DNA from: Geminicoccus sp.
GTDB taxonomy: Bacteria; Pseudomonadota; Alphaproteobacteria; UBA7985
Direction: 5' to 3'
Length of the DNA: 64,000 nt
NCBI GenBank assembly: GCA_002708995.1
Contig: PAPT01000025.1
Coordinates: 10,548 to 74,547 of the forward strand
The notes under the pieces are model-generated. The model was not told where the DNA came from. It ran no database searches and was given only the letters and a program-made list of their open reading frames with translations. Both the position numbers and the translations under genes were made by a program. Shown piece by piece: positions 41,207 to 53,436 of the stretch; positions within the stretch are counted from its first letter, which is position 1; the number at the start of each line of letters is the position of its first letter.

Positions 41207-41875
41207 TCAACGCAGCGCGTCGAAGAACTCCCGACGCAGGTTGGCATCTTCGCGGAACACGCCCGAGAGGTGCTTGGTGTGCATGACGGTATCGTGGGTG
41301 TGGATGCCACGGGTGGTCATGCAGTGGTGCTCGGCCTCGATCACCACGGCGACACCGGCGGGCTCAAGCACCCGCTCGATGGTCTGCGCCACCTCTTCCG
41401 TCATCCGCTCCTGAATCTGGAACCGACGGGCAAAGGCATCGACCACGCGCGCCAGCTTGGAGATGCCCACGACACGGCCACGGGGCATGTAGGCAACGTG
41501 CGCCTTGCCCACGATCGGCGCCATGTGGTGCTCACAGTGGCTGTGGAACGGGATATCCCGCAGCAGAACCATGTCATGATAGCCCTCGACCTCGTCAAAG
41601 GTCTTGGACAGTAGCGTTTCGGCGTCGATTTCATAGCCGCCGAACCATTCGTCGAAGGCTTTGACGACCCGCTTAGGGGTCTCCTGCACACCGGGACGCT
41701 CGGCGTCCTCACCGGTGTAGGCGATCAGGGTTTTCACCGCTGCTTCGGCTTCGGTCCGGTTGGGTTGCTCTGAAACTTTGATCGGAACGACGTTGTCGGT
41801 CGATACGACTTCGATGGTTTCTTCGACGTGATCGCGATCGGCGTCAAAGAGTGCTGCGCTATCGTGCGGTGCCAT
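41207..41875 (-). CDS. folE: GTP cyclohydrolase I
   Basis: FolE signatures (FHSHCEHHMAPI, VVIEAEHHCMTTRG). Start at ATG 41875. Confidence 0.9.
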   Translation of the reverse strand: MAPHDSAALFDADRDHVEETIEVVSTDNVVPIKVSEQPNRTEAEAAVKTLIAYTGEDAERPGVQETPKRVVKAFDEWFGGYEIDAETLLSKTFDEVEGYHDMVLLRDIPFHSHCEHHMAPIVGKAHVAYMPRGRVVGISKLARVVDAFARRFQIQERMTEEVAQTIERVLEPAGVAVVIEAEHHCMTTRGIHTHDTVMHTKHLSGVFREDANLRREFFDALR

Positions 41876-42042
41876 GGTGCTCGGCCCCATTCTGTGTGTC
41901 GAGGTCTGACGACGGCGAGCCGGGCACGCCGGGCGCGTCGCGATCTTCCTCGGGATCACGACATCAAGTGGTGACGAACGAAATGAAGTAAAGCTGTTGA
42001 TTTTCGGGCCAGTGATGCCAAAACCGAAATAAAGCAGCTGGA

Positions 42043-45267
<3,225 letters not shown>

Positions 45268-45422
45268 CTCCCGCGAACGATAGTCGCATAATCTAAAGCA
45301 TTTACTCGAATCCGGCGACAAAAATTCTCGGTTTACGGACTCAAAAATAATGCCGTACGGCCTTGGCAATTGCCGCCAGCGCCGTAGAGTCCCCGCTGCA
45401 ACAGCGCGACAAGGCGGAGCTC

Positions 45423-46097
45423 ATGCCCTTTTCCGATATCGACACTTGGGTCTTCGACCTCGACGACACCCTCTACCCGGCCAGTTCCAACTTCTTCCCG
45501 CAGGTGGCAGAGCGCATGGGTTTGTACGTCGCGGAGACCTTCGATCTGCCGCTGGACGAGGCCAAGCTTGAGCAGCGGCGGCTGTTTCTGGAATACGGCA
45601 CCACGCTGTCCGGTCTGGTAGCCGAGCACGGGATCGAAATCGATGCCTATGCCCGCTTCCTGATGCAGGTCGACTATGGCCGCATTCCCCGCAATCCGGC
45701 GCTGGTTGACGCGGTTGCGCGGCTGCCCGGGCGGGTGCTGGTCTTCACCAACGGCTTCCGCGAGCACGCCCACGCCTGTCTGGATCAGCTCGGTTTTCCG
45801 CCCGACAGCTTCGAAGCGATCGCCGACATCCGAACCATCGACTTCAAGCCCAAGCCGCGGCCCATCGCCTTCGAGACCTTTTTTGCTGAGCACCGCGTCG
45901 ACCCGACCCGCTCGATTTTCTTCGAGGACAGCCCCCGCAACCTGCGCACGGCCAAAGACCTCGGCATGAAGACCGCCCACATCGTCACCGACACGGCGTG
46001 GGGGAATATGGGTCTCGAAGACGGAGATGGCTTCATTGATCATTCGGTAGTGGACCTGTCGACATTTCTGACCGACACGGTGCTGACCAACGTCTGA
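45423..46097 (+). CDS. HAD-IA family pyrimidine 5'-nucleotidase-like hydrolase
   Basis: HAD motif I (FDLDDTLY) and downstream motifs (FTNG; FFEDSPRNL). Confidence 0.7.
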   Translation: MPFSDIDTWVFDLDDTLYPASSNFFPQVAERMGLYVAETFDLPLDEAKLEQRRLFLEYGTTLSGLVAEHGIEIDAYARFLMQVDYGRIPRNPALVDAVARLPGRVLVFTNGFREHAHACLDQLGFPPDSFEAIADIRTIDFKPKPRPIAFETFFAEHRVDPTRSIFFEDSPRNLRTAKDLGMKTAHIVTDTAWGNMGLEDGDGFIDHSVVDLSTFLTDTVLTNV

Positions 46098-46151
46098 CCC
46101 CCGATGGCTGCGCGGCCGCGCAGTCCTCGCCCCCGTTTACAGGAGCCCGCA

Positions 46152-46985
46152 ATGGACCTCGCCCGCCTTGAAACCCTGATCGAAGCCGCCTTCGACGACC
46201 GCGACAACATCGGCGTCGATACACAGGGCGACGTGCGCGACGCCGTCAACGCCACCCTCGAAGCCCTCGACAACGGCAGCCTGCGCGTGGCCGAACGCGA
46301 GGGCGTCGGCCAGTGGCGGGTCAACCAGTGGGCGAAGAAGGCCGTGCTGCTCGGCTTCCGCCTCAATGACATGTCAGTCATGGACGGCGCCTGCGGCGGC
46401 GCGCCGGGCTGGGACAAGGTGCGCCTGAAAACCGACGGCTGGGGGCCTGAGCGCTTCCGCGAGGCTGGTTTTCGCGCGGTACCGGGCTCGGTCGTGCGCC
46501 ACTCGGCCCACATCGCCAAGGGCGTCGTGCTGATGCCGTCGTTCGTCAACCTCGGCGCCTTTGTCGACGAAGGGACCATGGTCGACACCTGGGCCACGGT
46601 CGGGTCGTGCGCGCAGATCGGCAAGAACTGCCACATTTCCGGCGGCGCCGGGATCGGCGGGGTGCTCGAACCCCTGCAGGCCGGGCCGGTGATCATCGAG
46701 GACAACTGCTTCATCGGTGCCCGTGCCGAAGTGGCCGAAGGCGTGGTGGTCGAAGAAGGCTCGGTGCTGTCCATGGGCGTGTACCTCGGCGCTTCGACCA
46801 AGATCGTCGACCGTGCGACCGGCGAGATCCACATGGGCCGGGTTCCGGCCTACTCCGTGGTGGTCTCCGGCACCATGCCGCCCAAGTCCGGCGACGGGCC
46901 ATCGCTGTACTGTGCGGTGATCGTCAAGCGCGTGGACGAGCGCACCCGGTCGAAGACCAGCATCAACGAACTGCTGCGGGACTGA
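46152..46985 (+). CDS. dapD: 2,3,4,5-tetrahydropyridine-2,6-dicarboxylate N-succinyltransferase
   Basis: DapD left-handed beta-helix hexapeptide repeats and N-terminal domain. Start at ATG 46152 with ggag RBS. Confidence 0.9.
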   Translation: MDLARLETLIEAAFDDRDNIGVDTQGDVRDAVNATLEALDNGSLRVAEREGVGQWRVNQWAKKAVLLGFRLNDMSVMDGACGGAPGWDKVRLKTDGWGPERFREAGFRAVPGSVVRHSAHIAKGVVLMPSFVNLGAFVDEGTMVDTWATVGSCAQIGKNCHISGGAGIGGVLEPLQAGPVIIEDNCFIGARAEVAEGVVVEEGSVLSMGVYLGASTKIVDRATGEIHMGRVPAYSVVVSGTMPPKSGDGPSLYCAVIVKRVDERTRSKTSINELLRD

Positions 46986-46993
46986 CCCGAACC

Positions 46994-48172
46994 ATGGCGG
47001 CGCCCGGCACCTCATCTTCATCGGCTTCGGCTTCGGCTTCGGCGTCAGTTGAGCACGCTCAGGCGCTGATCCGATGCCCCTCGGTGACCCCGGTCGAGGG
47101 CGGGGCGATCGCCTATATCGCTCAGTGGGCCGAAGCGCTGGGCGGCTGTGCCGAGCGCATCGACCGCAACGGCGTGCCCAACCTGTTCGTCAAATTCGGG
47201 CCGCGCGGGGCGTCGAACGGCCGTCACTTTGCCTTCGCCGGCCACACCGATGTTGTCCCGCCGGGGGACGAGAGCGCGTGGAGCCACCCGCCCTTCGCGG
47301 CCAAAATCGTTGACGGGCAGCTCTACGGACGCGGCGCGGTCGATATGAAATCCGGCGTCGCGTGCTTCATGGGTGCGGTCGAAACCATGCTCGGTACGCT
47401 GGCCGAGGGGGACGCCATATCCCTGATCATCACCGGCGATGAGGAAGGCCCGGCGACCGACGGCACCCGCGCCGTGCTCGACTGGATGCAAGACGTCGGC
47501 GAACGCCCGGATGTGTGCATCGTCGGCGAGCCCACGAACCCCGAAGCCCTCGGTGATGCCATCAAAATCGGCCGCCGCGGCTCGATCACCGCCTATTTCG
47601 AGAGCAACGGCACGCAGGGCCACGTCGCCTATCCGCACCTCGCCGACAACCCCGTGCACCCGCTGCTGGCTGTGCTGGGTTCCCTGACCGCCGAGCCGCT
47701 GGATGCCGGCACCGAGCACTTTCAGGCGTCATCGGCACAGGTGGTCAGCTTCGACGTCGGCAACCCGGCCGACAACCTGATCCCGGCGAAGGCAACAGCG
47801 ACAGTCAACATCCGCTTCAATGACAGTCACAGCAGCGACAGCCTGCAGCGCTGGATCGACGCCGCCGTCGCGCCGCACCGCCAGCACGTTTCGGTGCGCT
47901 ACCGGGTATCGGGCGAGAGCTTCATCTACCCGCCCGAAGCCTTCGGCGCGCTGATCGCCGACGTGGTCGAGGACCACACCGGCCGCCGGCCCGAATATTC
48001 GACCGCTGGCGGCACCTCGGACGCGCGCTTCATCAAGGATATCTGTCCGGTCGCTGAATTCGGGCTGGTCGGCCAGACCATGCACAAGGTCGACGAGCGT
48101 GTTGCCGTCAAGGACATCGACGACCTGACCGCGATCTACGCGTCGCTGCTCCAGCGGTACTTCGCCGGGTAG
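46994..48172 (+). CDS. dapE: Succinyl-diaminopimelate desuccinylase
   Basis: M20 peptidase motifs (GHTDVVPPG, GRGAVDMKSG, ITGDEEG). N-terminal Ser/Ala run encoded by a (ggcttc)n microrepeat. Confidence 0.9.
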   Translation: MAAPGTSSSSASASASASVEHAQALIRCPSVTPVEGGAIAYIAQWAEALGGCAERIDRNGVPNLFVKFGPRGASNGRHFAFAGHTDVVPPGDESAWSHPPFAAKIVDGQLYGRGAVDMKSGVACFMGAVETMLGTLAEGDAISLIITGDEEGPATDGTRAVLDWMQDVGERPDVCIVGEPTNPEALGDAIKIGRRGSITAYFESNGTQGHVAYPHLADNPVHPLLAVLGSLTAEPLDAGTEHFQASSAQVVSFDVGNPADNLIPAKATATVNIRFNDSHSSDSLQRWIDAAVAPHRQHVSVRYRVSGESFIYPPEAFGALIADVVEDHTGRRPEYSTAGGTSDARFIKDICPVAEFGLVGQTMHKVDERVAVKDIDDLTAIYASLLQRYFAG

Positions 48173-48906
48173 CTTGCCCGCATGAAGTAGAGCCCGCAGG
48201 CGGGGGCCTTCGGGCCACTGACCTGCCGGTCGCGGGCTTCCAGAACCTCCCGAACCCAGTCCACCGGCTTGCGCCCGGCGCCGACCTCGACCAGCGTGCC
48301 GACCATGTTGCGCACCTGATTGTGCAGGAAGGAACGCGCGGCGGTCTCCACGATGACCCGCTCGCCCGTGCGCCAGACCTGCAGCCTGTCGAGGGTCTTC
48401 ACCGGGGTCTTGGCCTGACAGATGATTGCGCGGAAAGACGTGAAATCGTGGTGCCCGACCAGCGCCTGTGCAGCCTCGTTCATGGCGTCAGCGTCCAGCG
48501 GTGAGCGCACCAGCCACGCCCGGTCCCGCTCCAGCGCCAGCCCGGGGCGGCGGTTGACGATAATGTAGCGGTAGGCCCGCCCGGTGCATTCAAACCGGGC
48601 GTGGAACGCATCGTCGACCTCGATCACCTCCAGCGCCGCGATGGGGTGCGGGCGCAGGCAGCCGTTGAGCGCCTCGCGGATGCGGTTGGCGTCGAAGCGG
48701 TCGCCGTCGATATCGACGTGAATGACCTGCCCCAGCGCATGCACCCCGGCGTCGGTGCGGCCACTGGCGTGGACGGTCAGGGTCTCGCCGGTGAATTCGC
48801 GGAAGGCATCGATGACAGCGCCCTGCACCGAAGGGCCGTGCTCCTGATACTGCCAGCCCATGAAGGGCGTGCCGTCATACTCCAGCCGGATGGCGAACCG
48901 GGGCAT
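48136..48906 (-). CDS. truA: tRNA pseudouridine(38-40) synthase
   Basis: TruA motifs (RTDAGVHA catalytic Asp). Confidence 0.9.
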   Translation of the reverse strand: MPRFAIRLEYDGTPFMGWQYQEHGPSVQGAVIDAFREFTGETLTVHASGRTDAGVHALGQVIHVDIDGDRFDANRIREALNGCLRPHPIAALEVIEVDDAFHARFECTGRAYRYIIVNRRPGLALERDRAWLVRSPLDADAMNEAAQALVGHHDFTSFRAIICQAKTPVKTLDRLQVWRTGERVIVETAARSFLHNQVRNMVGTLVEVGAGRKPVDWVREVLEARDRQVSGPKAPACGLYFMRASYPAKYRWSSDA

Positions 48907-49832
48907 CAGTCGAGCCTCGTGCCGGGGCTGATGGGGCTGCCGCGCAGGAAGTCTTCGGCGCTGCTGACGGTCTTACCCGCGCGCTGCACGTCCAGCAGGG
49001 CCACGCTCCGGCCGTCGCCACAGGCGATTTGCAGGCCCGGCCCGCTCAGCACCGTCCCGGGCGCCGTGTCGGGGGCTGCCGTCGCGGTGCCGGCGTCGGC
49101 GCGCAGGGCCTTGACCCGCTCCCCTTCGCGCTCGAACCACGCGCCGGGGAAGGGTGAGAACGCGTTGATCCGCTGGCGCACCACGGCCGCCGGTGCGTCC
49201 CAGCGGATGCGGGTTTCGGCCTTGTCGATCTTGGCGGCGTAGGTCTGTCCGGCCTCGGCCTGCGGGGCTGGTGACAGGCTGTCGAGCTGCGCCAGCGCCT
49301 GCACGATCAGGCGCCCACCCAGCGCAGCCAGCCGGTCATGCAGCGCGCCGGTGGTCTCGGTCGGGCCGATGCCGAGCCGGTCTTCGAGCAGCACCGGGCC
49401 GGTGTCCAGCCCGGCTTCCATCTGCATGATCCCGACCCCGGTTTCGCTATCCCCGGCCTCGATCGCGCGGTGGATCGGCGCCGCGCCCCGCCAGCGTGGC
49501 AGCAGGCTGGCGTGAATGTTCAGACAGCCGCGCCGGGGTGCGTCCAGCACCGCTTGGGGCAGGATCAGGCCATAGGCGACCACCACGGCAACGTCGGCCT
49601 GCAAGGCGACAAAGGCGTCCCGGTCGGCTTGCTCGCGGAAGTTCAAGGGCGTCCGCACCGGGATCCCGGCCGCCTCGGCAAAGGCCTGCACGGGCGAAGG
49701 CTGCTCCTTCTGCCCGCGCCGCGCGGGGCGGGGTGGCTGCGCGTAGGCACAGACCACGTCGTGGCCCGCCTCGATCAGCGACCGCAGCGCTTCGACCGCA
49801 AAGGCCGGTGTGCCCATGAACACCACGCGCAC
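48906..49832 (-). CDS. fmt: Methionyl-tRNA formyltransferase
   Basis: Formyltransferase N-domain ([16 protein letters not shown]) and C-terminal domain. Confidence 0.9.
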   Translation of the reverse strand: MRVVFMGTPAFAVEALRSLIEAGHDVVCAYAQPPRPARRGQKEQPSPVQAFAEAAGIPVRTPLNFREQADRDAFVALQADVAVVVAYGLILPQAVLDAPRRGCLNIHASLLPRWRGAAPIHRAIEAGDSETGVGIMQMEAGLDTGPVLLEDRLGIGPTETTGALHDRLAALGGRLIVQALAQLDSLSPAPQAEAGQTYAAKIDKAETRIRWDAPAAVVRQRINAFSPFPGAWFEREGERVKALRADAGTATAAPDTAPGTVLSGPGLQIACGDGRSVALLDVQRAGKTVSSAEDFLRGSPISPGTRLD

Positions 49833-49835
49833 GGC

Positions 49836-50330
49836 TCAGCCCTTGGTTTCAAAGCCCGGCGGCAGGTATTCGGGCCAGAACTCGTGGCCGTGGGCGAACT
49901 GCTGCGCGGCAAATTTGTTGAAGAAGGCTTCGGGCGGCTCAAAGGCCCCGGCGAAGCTCTCGTGGGCGGCTTCGGAGAAGAAGGCGACGGCGTACTCGAC
50001 CATGCCGTTGCCGAGCCGGACCGCAACCAGCGAACCGCCATCGCCCGGGATCGCAGCGGTGATCGCGGCTTCCATGGCCGCGAGGCCGGCTTCCATCTCC
50101 GGGTCAGGGCCGCCTGCGCCCTTCAGCGGATCGTCTTCAAAGCGCCAGAAGAAGGTCACGCAGTCCGCGACGCTGGCCCGGACGGCAGCGTCGAGAAAGC
50201 CGGTGTTGTAACGCAGGGTGATCGGCACCACGCGGCCAAAGGCGTCGGTGACTTCCAGCGCGCCAATGGCCCACTGCGCATCCAGCGAGACTTCGGCGCC
50301 GGTCGGCGTCGGCGCGACCCCCTCAACCAT
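49836..50330 (-). CDS. Hypothetical protein (164 aa, acidic, no recognisable domain) embedded between def and fmt
   Basis: The ORF overlaps the def stop by 8 nt and ends 3 nt before the fmt start. Codon usage is consistent with the neighbours. No signal peptide or TM segment. Confidence 0.5.
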   Translation of the reverse strand: MVEGVAPTPTGAEVSLDAQWAIGALEVTDAFGRVVPITLRYNTGFLDAAVRASVADCVTFFWRFEDDPLKGAGGPDPEMEAGLAAMEAAITAAIPGDGGSLVAVRLGNGMVEYAVAFFSEAAHESFAGAFEPPEAFFNKFAAQQFAHGHEFWPEYLPPGFETKG

Positions 50331-50862
50331 CGGCCGCCGCGTCTTCCTCGCGCTCCTTGAGCAGCTTGCGCAGCTTCTTCATCAGCATGTTGCGCTTGAG
50401 GTTGCTGAGGTGGTCGATGAACAGAATGCCGTCGAGGTGGTCGATTTCGTGCTGGATGCAGGTCGCTTCCAGCCCGGTGAAAATCTGCTCCTGCTGGGCG
50501 CCGGTCTCGTCCTGATAGCGCACCTGCACCGCCGCCGGGCGTTCGACATCGGCGTATTGCTCGGGGATGCTGAGGCAGCCTTCCTCGTAGCTGCTCATCT
50601 CCTCGGAAATGCCGGTTATCTGCGGGTTGATGATCTTCATCGGCCGCGGGGCTTCGTCCTCGGTGCGGGAACCGCAGTCCATCACCAGCACCCGCTGCAG
50701 TTCACCGATCTGGTTCGCGGCGAGGCCGATCCCGGGCGCGTCGTACATGGTCTCCAGCATGTCATCGAGCAGCTGGCGCAGCCCATCATCGATGGTTTCG
50801 ACGGGCTTGGCCTTGGCCTTGAGCGTCGGGTGCGGCGCGATCAGGATGTCCAGAACTGTCAT
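50323..50862 (-). CDS. def: Peptide deformylase
   Basis: PDF motifs GIGLAANQIG, EGCLS, HEIDHL. Confidence 0.9.
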   Translation of the reverse strand: MTVLDILIAPHPTLKAKAKPVETIDDGLRQLLDDMLETMYDAPGIGLAANQIGELQRVLVMDCGSRTEDEAPRPMKIINPQITGISEEMSSYEEGCLSIPEQYADVERPAAVQVRYQDETGAQQEQIFTGLEATCIQHEIDHLDGILFIDHLSNLKRNMLMKKLRKLLKEREEDAAADG

Positions 50863-51070
50863 GGGCGAGACTTTTTGCGGCGAAATAAAGGGTCGTGGCC
50901 CTTAGGTATCCCCCTGACCGGCTGCTGACAAGCGCGCAGGGCCGCAGCGTGGTAGCCTGCATGCTTCCGACGACATACCTTGCAAAGCCCCCTCTGCGTC
51001 AGCATATCAACTGTAAAGCATGCGTGGGCTGGCTTAGTCTGTCCGCATCATTCCTTTGAGGAGTAAGGCA

Positions 51071-52018
51071 TTGGAAATCTTTGGTTTTTTCATGAACTTC
51101 AGCTCGATCACCATCGTTGCTGTGTTCCTGGTTGCGATCTTCATCGTCACCGGCGCGGTCAAGTCGGTTCCACAGGGGAACGAATGGACGGTGGAACGCT
51201 TCGGTAAGTTCACCCGTCTGCTCGACCCGGGCCTGCATATCATCGTGCCGTTCTTCGACCGCATCGGGGTCAAGATGAACGTCATGGAACAGGTGCTGGA
51301 CATCCCCAGTCAGGAAGTGATTTCCAAAGACAACGCCATGGTAACGGTCGACGGCGTGGTCTTCTATCAGGTCGTGGACACCCCGCGCGCGTCCTATCAG
51401 GTCCGCAACCTGACCCGCGCCGTGGTCAACCTGACCATGACCAACATCAGAACCGTGGTCGGCTCCATGGATCTCGATGAAATCCTGTCCAACCGGGACA
51501 AGATCAACGAGAGCCTGATGCGCGTCATCGACGACGCTTCTGACCCCTGGGGCGTCAAGATCACCCGCGTGGAGATCAAGGACATCACCCCGCCGCGCGA
51601 TCTGGTCGACGCCATGGCGCGTCAGATGAAGGCCGAGCGTGAGAAGCGCGCCAACATCCTCGAAGCCGAGGGCTTCCGGGCGGCTGAAATTCTCAAATCC
51701 GAGGGCGAGAAGCAGTCGCTGATCCTCGAGGCCGAGGGTCGGCGTGAAGCCGCCTTCCGCGACGCCGAAGCCCGTGAGCGTGAGGCCGAAGCCGAAGCCC
51801 GTGCCACCGAAATGGTGTCCAAGGCCATCGCCGAAGGTGACCTGCAGGCGGTGAACTACTTCGTCGCCAACAACTACATCACCGCGCTGAAGGAGATGGC
51901 GACCTCGAACAACAACAAGCTGGTGTTCATGCCGCTGGAAGCCTCCAACGTCATCGGCGCCATCGGCGGTGTGACCGAGCTGGCCAAGGCCGCGCTCGAG
52001 CAACAGCAGGAGAAGTAA
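51071..52018 (+). CDS. SPFH/Band-7 (stomatin-like, QmcA/YbbK-type) protein
   Basis: N-terminal TM, SPFH core, Glu/Ala/Arg-rich coiled coil. The start is ambiguous: TTG 51071 after a GAGGAG RBS, or ATG 51092. Confidence 0.8.
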   Translation: MEIFGFFMNFSSITIVAVFLVAIFIVTGAVKSVPQGNEWTVERFGKFTRLLDPGLHIIVPFFDRIGVKMNVMEQVLDIPSQEVISKDNAMVTVDGVVFYQVVDTPRASYQVRNLTRAVVNLTMTNIRTVVGSMDLDEILSNRDKINESLMRVIDDASDPWGVKITRVEIKDITPPRDLVDAMARQMKAEREKRANILEAEGFRAAEILKSEGEKQSLILEAEGRREAAFRDAEAREREAEAEARATEMVSKAIAEGDLQAVNYFVANNYITALKEMATSNNNKLVFMPLEASNVIGAIGGVTELAKAALEQQQEK

Positions 52019-52023
52019 GAGCC

Positions 52024-52494
52024 GTGGAACTGACGCAAGTAACCGACCTGCTCGCCGCCCCGTGGTTCTGGCTGGCCATTGGCTGTGTGCTGCTGGTGAT
52101 CGAAATGGTGATGCCGGGGACCATGATGCTGTGGTTTGGCGTCGGCGCCCTGCTGACCGCATTGCTGGCCTGGCTGATCCCCGGTGATCTGCCGTGGGTC
52201 AACCTGCTGCTGTTCGGCTTGTCATCGCTGCTGGGGCTGATCCTCGGCCGCAATGTCTGGAAACGCTTCCTGAGCAGCAGCGAAGACAGCGACCTCAACG
52301 ACCGGGGTGCGTCCATGGTCGGGCAAGTGGTGGAGGTTCACCGCGCCATCCGCGCCGGGGCCTCGGGATCGGTCCGGGTCGGCGACACGGTCTGGCGCGC
52401 CCGCTCTGACGAGAGCTTCAAGGTCGGAAGTTACGGCAAAATCGCCGATGTCGACGGCGCTACGGTGGTGCTGGTCAAGCCAGACGACGCCTGA
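52024..52494 (+). CDS. NfeD-family membrane protein (stomatin operon partner, YbbJ-like)
   Basis: Three TM helices followed by a C-terminal OB-fold-like domain. GTG start 5 nt after the SPFH gene stop. Confidence 0.7.
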   Translation: MELTQVTDLLAAPWFWLAIGCVLLVIEMVMPGTMMLWFGVGALLTALLAWLIPGDLPWVNLLLFGLSSLLGLILGRNVWKRFLSSSEDSDLNDRGASMVGQVVEVHRAIRAGASGSVRVGDTVWRARSDESFKVGSYGKIADVDGATVVLVKPDDA

Positions 52495-52500
52495 CGCCGT

Positions 52501-53106
52501 TCAGACCGAGCGGCGGGCGTTCATGGCGGCGAGCAAGGTGCCGTCATCGAGGTATTCCAGCGACCCGCCCACCGGCACGCCCTGCGCGACGGCGCTGACC
52601 TCGGCGCCCAGTTCCCGCAGCCGTTCCGCGAGGTAGTGCGCCGTTGTCTGGCCGTCGACCGTCGCTGACAGCGCGAGGACAACCTCGCGCGCTTCGCCTC
52701 GACGCACCCGTTCGAGCAGGCTGCCGACCCGCAGCTGGTCCGGCCCGCGGCCATCCAGCGCGGACAGGGTGCCGCCGAGCACGTGATACCGGCCCTTGAA
52801 GCTGCCGGAGCGCTCCAGCGCCCACAGGTCGCTGACGGTTTCCACCACGCACAGCACAGCTCTGCCGTCCTCGCCCAGCCGGCTCGGCGACAGACAGATC
52901 CGGCACGGGTCCTCGGTATCGAGGTTGCCGCAGGCGCTGCACTCGCGCACTGCATCGGCGGTGTCCAACAGCGACTGGGCCAGCGGCCGCATCAGCGCTT
53001 CCTTGTTCTGGATCAGCTCCAGCGCCAGCCGTCGCGCCGAGCGCGGGCCAAGCCCGGGCAGGCGCCCGAGCAGGCGCAGCAGCGGCTCAAGGTCGTTGAG
53101 GATCAT
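52501..53106 (-). CDS. recR: Recombination protein RecR
   Basis: HhH, C4 zinc finger (CSACGNL...CRIC), Toprim domain. Confidence 0.95.
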   Translation of the reverse strand: MILNDLEPLLRLLGRLPGLGPRSARRLALELIQNKEALMRPLAQSLLDTADAVRECSACGNLDTEDPCRICLSPSRLGEDGRAVLCVVETVSDLWALERSGSFKGRYHVLGGTLSALDGRGPDQLRVGSLLERVRRGEAREVVLALSATVDGQTTAHYLAERLRELGAEVSAVAQGVPVGGSLEYLDDGTLLAAMNARRSV

Positions 53107-53108
53107 GC

Positions 53109-53432
53109 CTAGAAGGGCATTTTCATGCCGGGTGGCAGCTGCAGACCGTCGGTCACGGCCTTCATCTCTTCGGCCATCATCGCTTCGGATTTGGCCTTGG
53201 CATCGTTGTGAGCGGCGACCAGCAGGTCTTCGAGCACCTCGACTTCTTCAGGATCGATCAGGGCGGGGTCGATGGCGACACCGCGCATCTCGCCCTTGCC
53301 GGTCAGCGTCACCTTGACCATGCCGCCACCGGCGGCGCCTTCGACCGTCATCTGCTCCAGCTTGGCCTGCATTTCAGCCATTTTGGCCTGCATGGCCTGC
53401 GCCTGCTTCATCATGTTGCCGAGGTTCTTCAC
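53109..53432 (-). CDS. ybaB: Nucleoid-associated protein YbaB/EbfC
   Basis: 107 aa, [18 protein letters not shown]... YbaB pattern. GTG start 53432 with AGGAG RBS. The longer upstream ORF extension is rejected. Confidence 0.85.
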   Translation of the reverse strand: MKNLGNMMKQAQAMQAKMAEMQAKLEQMTVEGAAGGGMVKVTLTGKGEMRGVAIDPALIDPEEVEVLEDLLVAAHNDAKAKSEAMMAEEMKAVTDGLQLPPGMKMPF

Positions 53433-53436
53433 GGCT

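Noticed and set aside
46607-46993. N-terminal extension of the dapE ORF overlapping dapD
   Set aside because: Out-of-frame overlap with dapD (which has clear hexapeptide repeats). dapE homology and an ATG begin at 46994 immediately after the dapD stop.
47017-47046. (ggcttc)n microsatellite at the dapE 5' end
   Set aside because: Only 4-5 units, in frame, encoding a Ser/Ala run. Noted as a potential slippage site but too short to call a feature.
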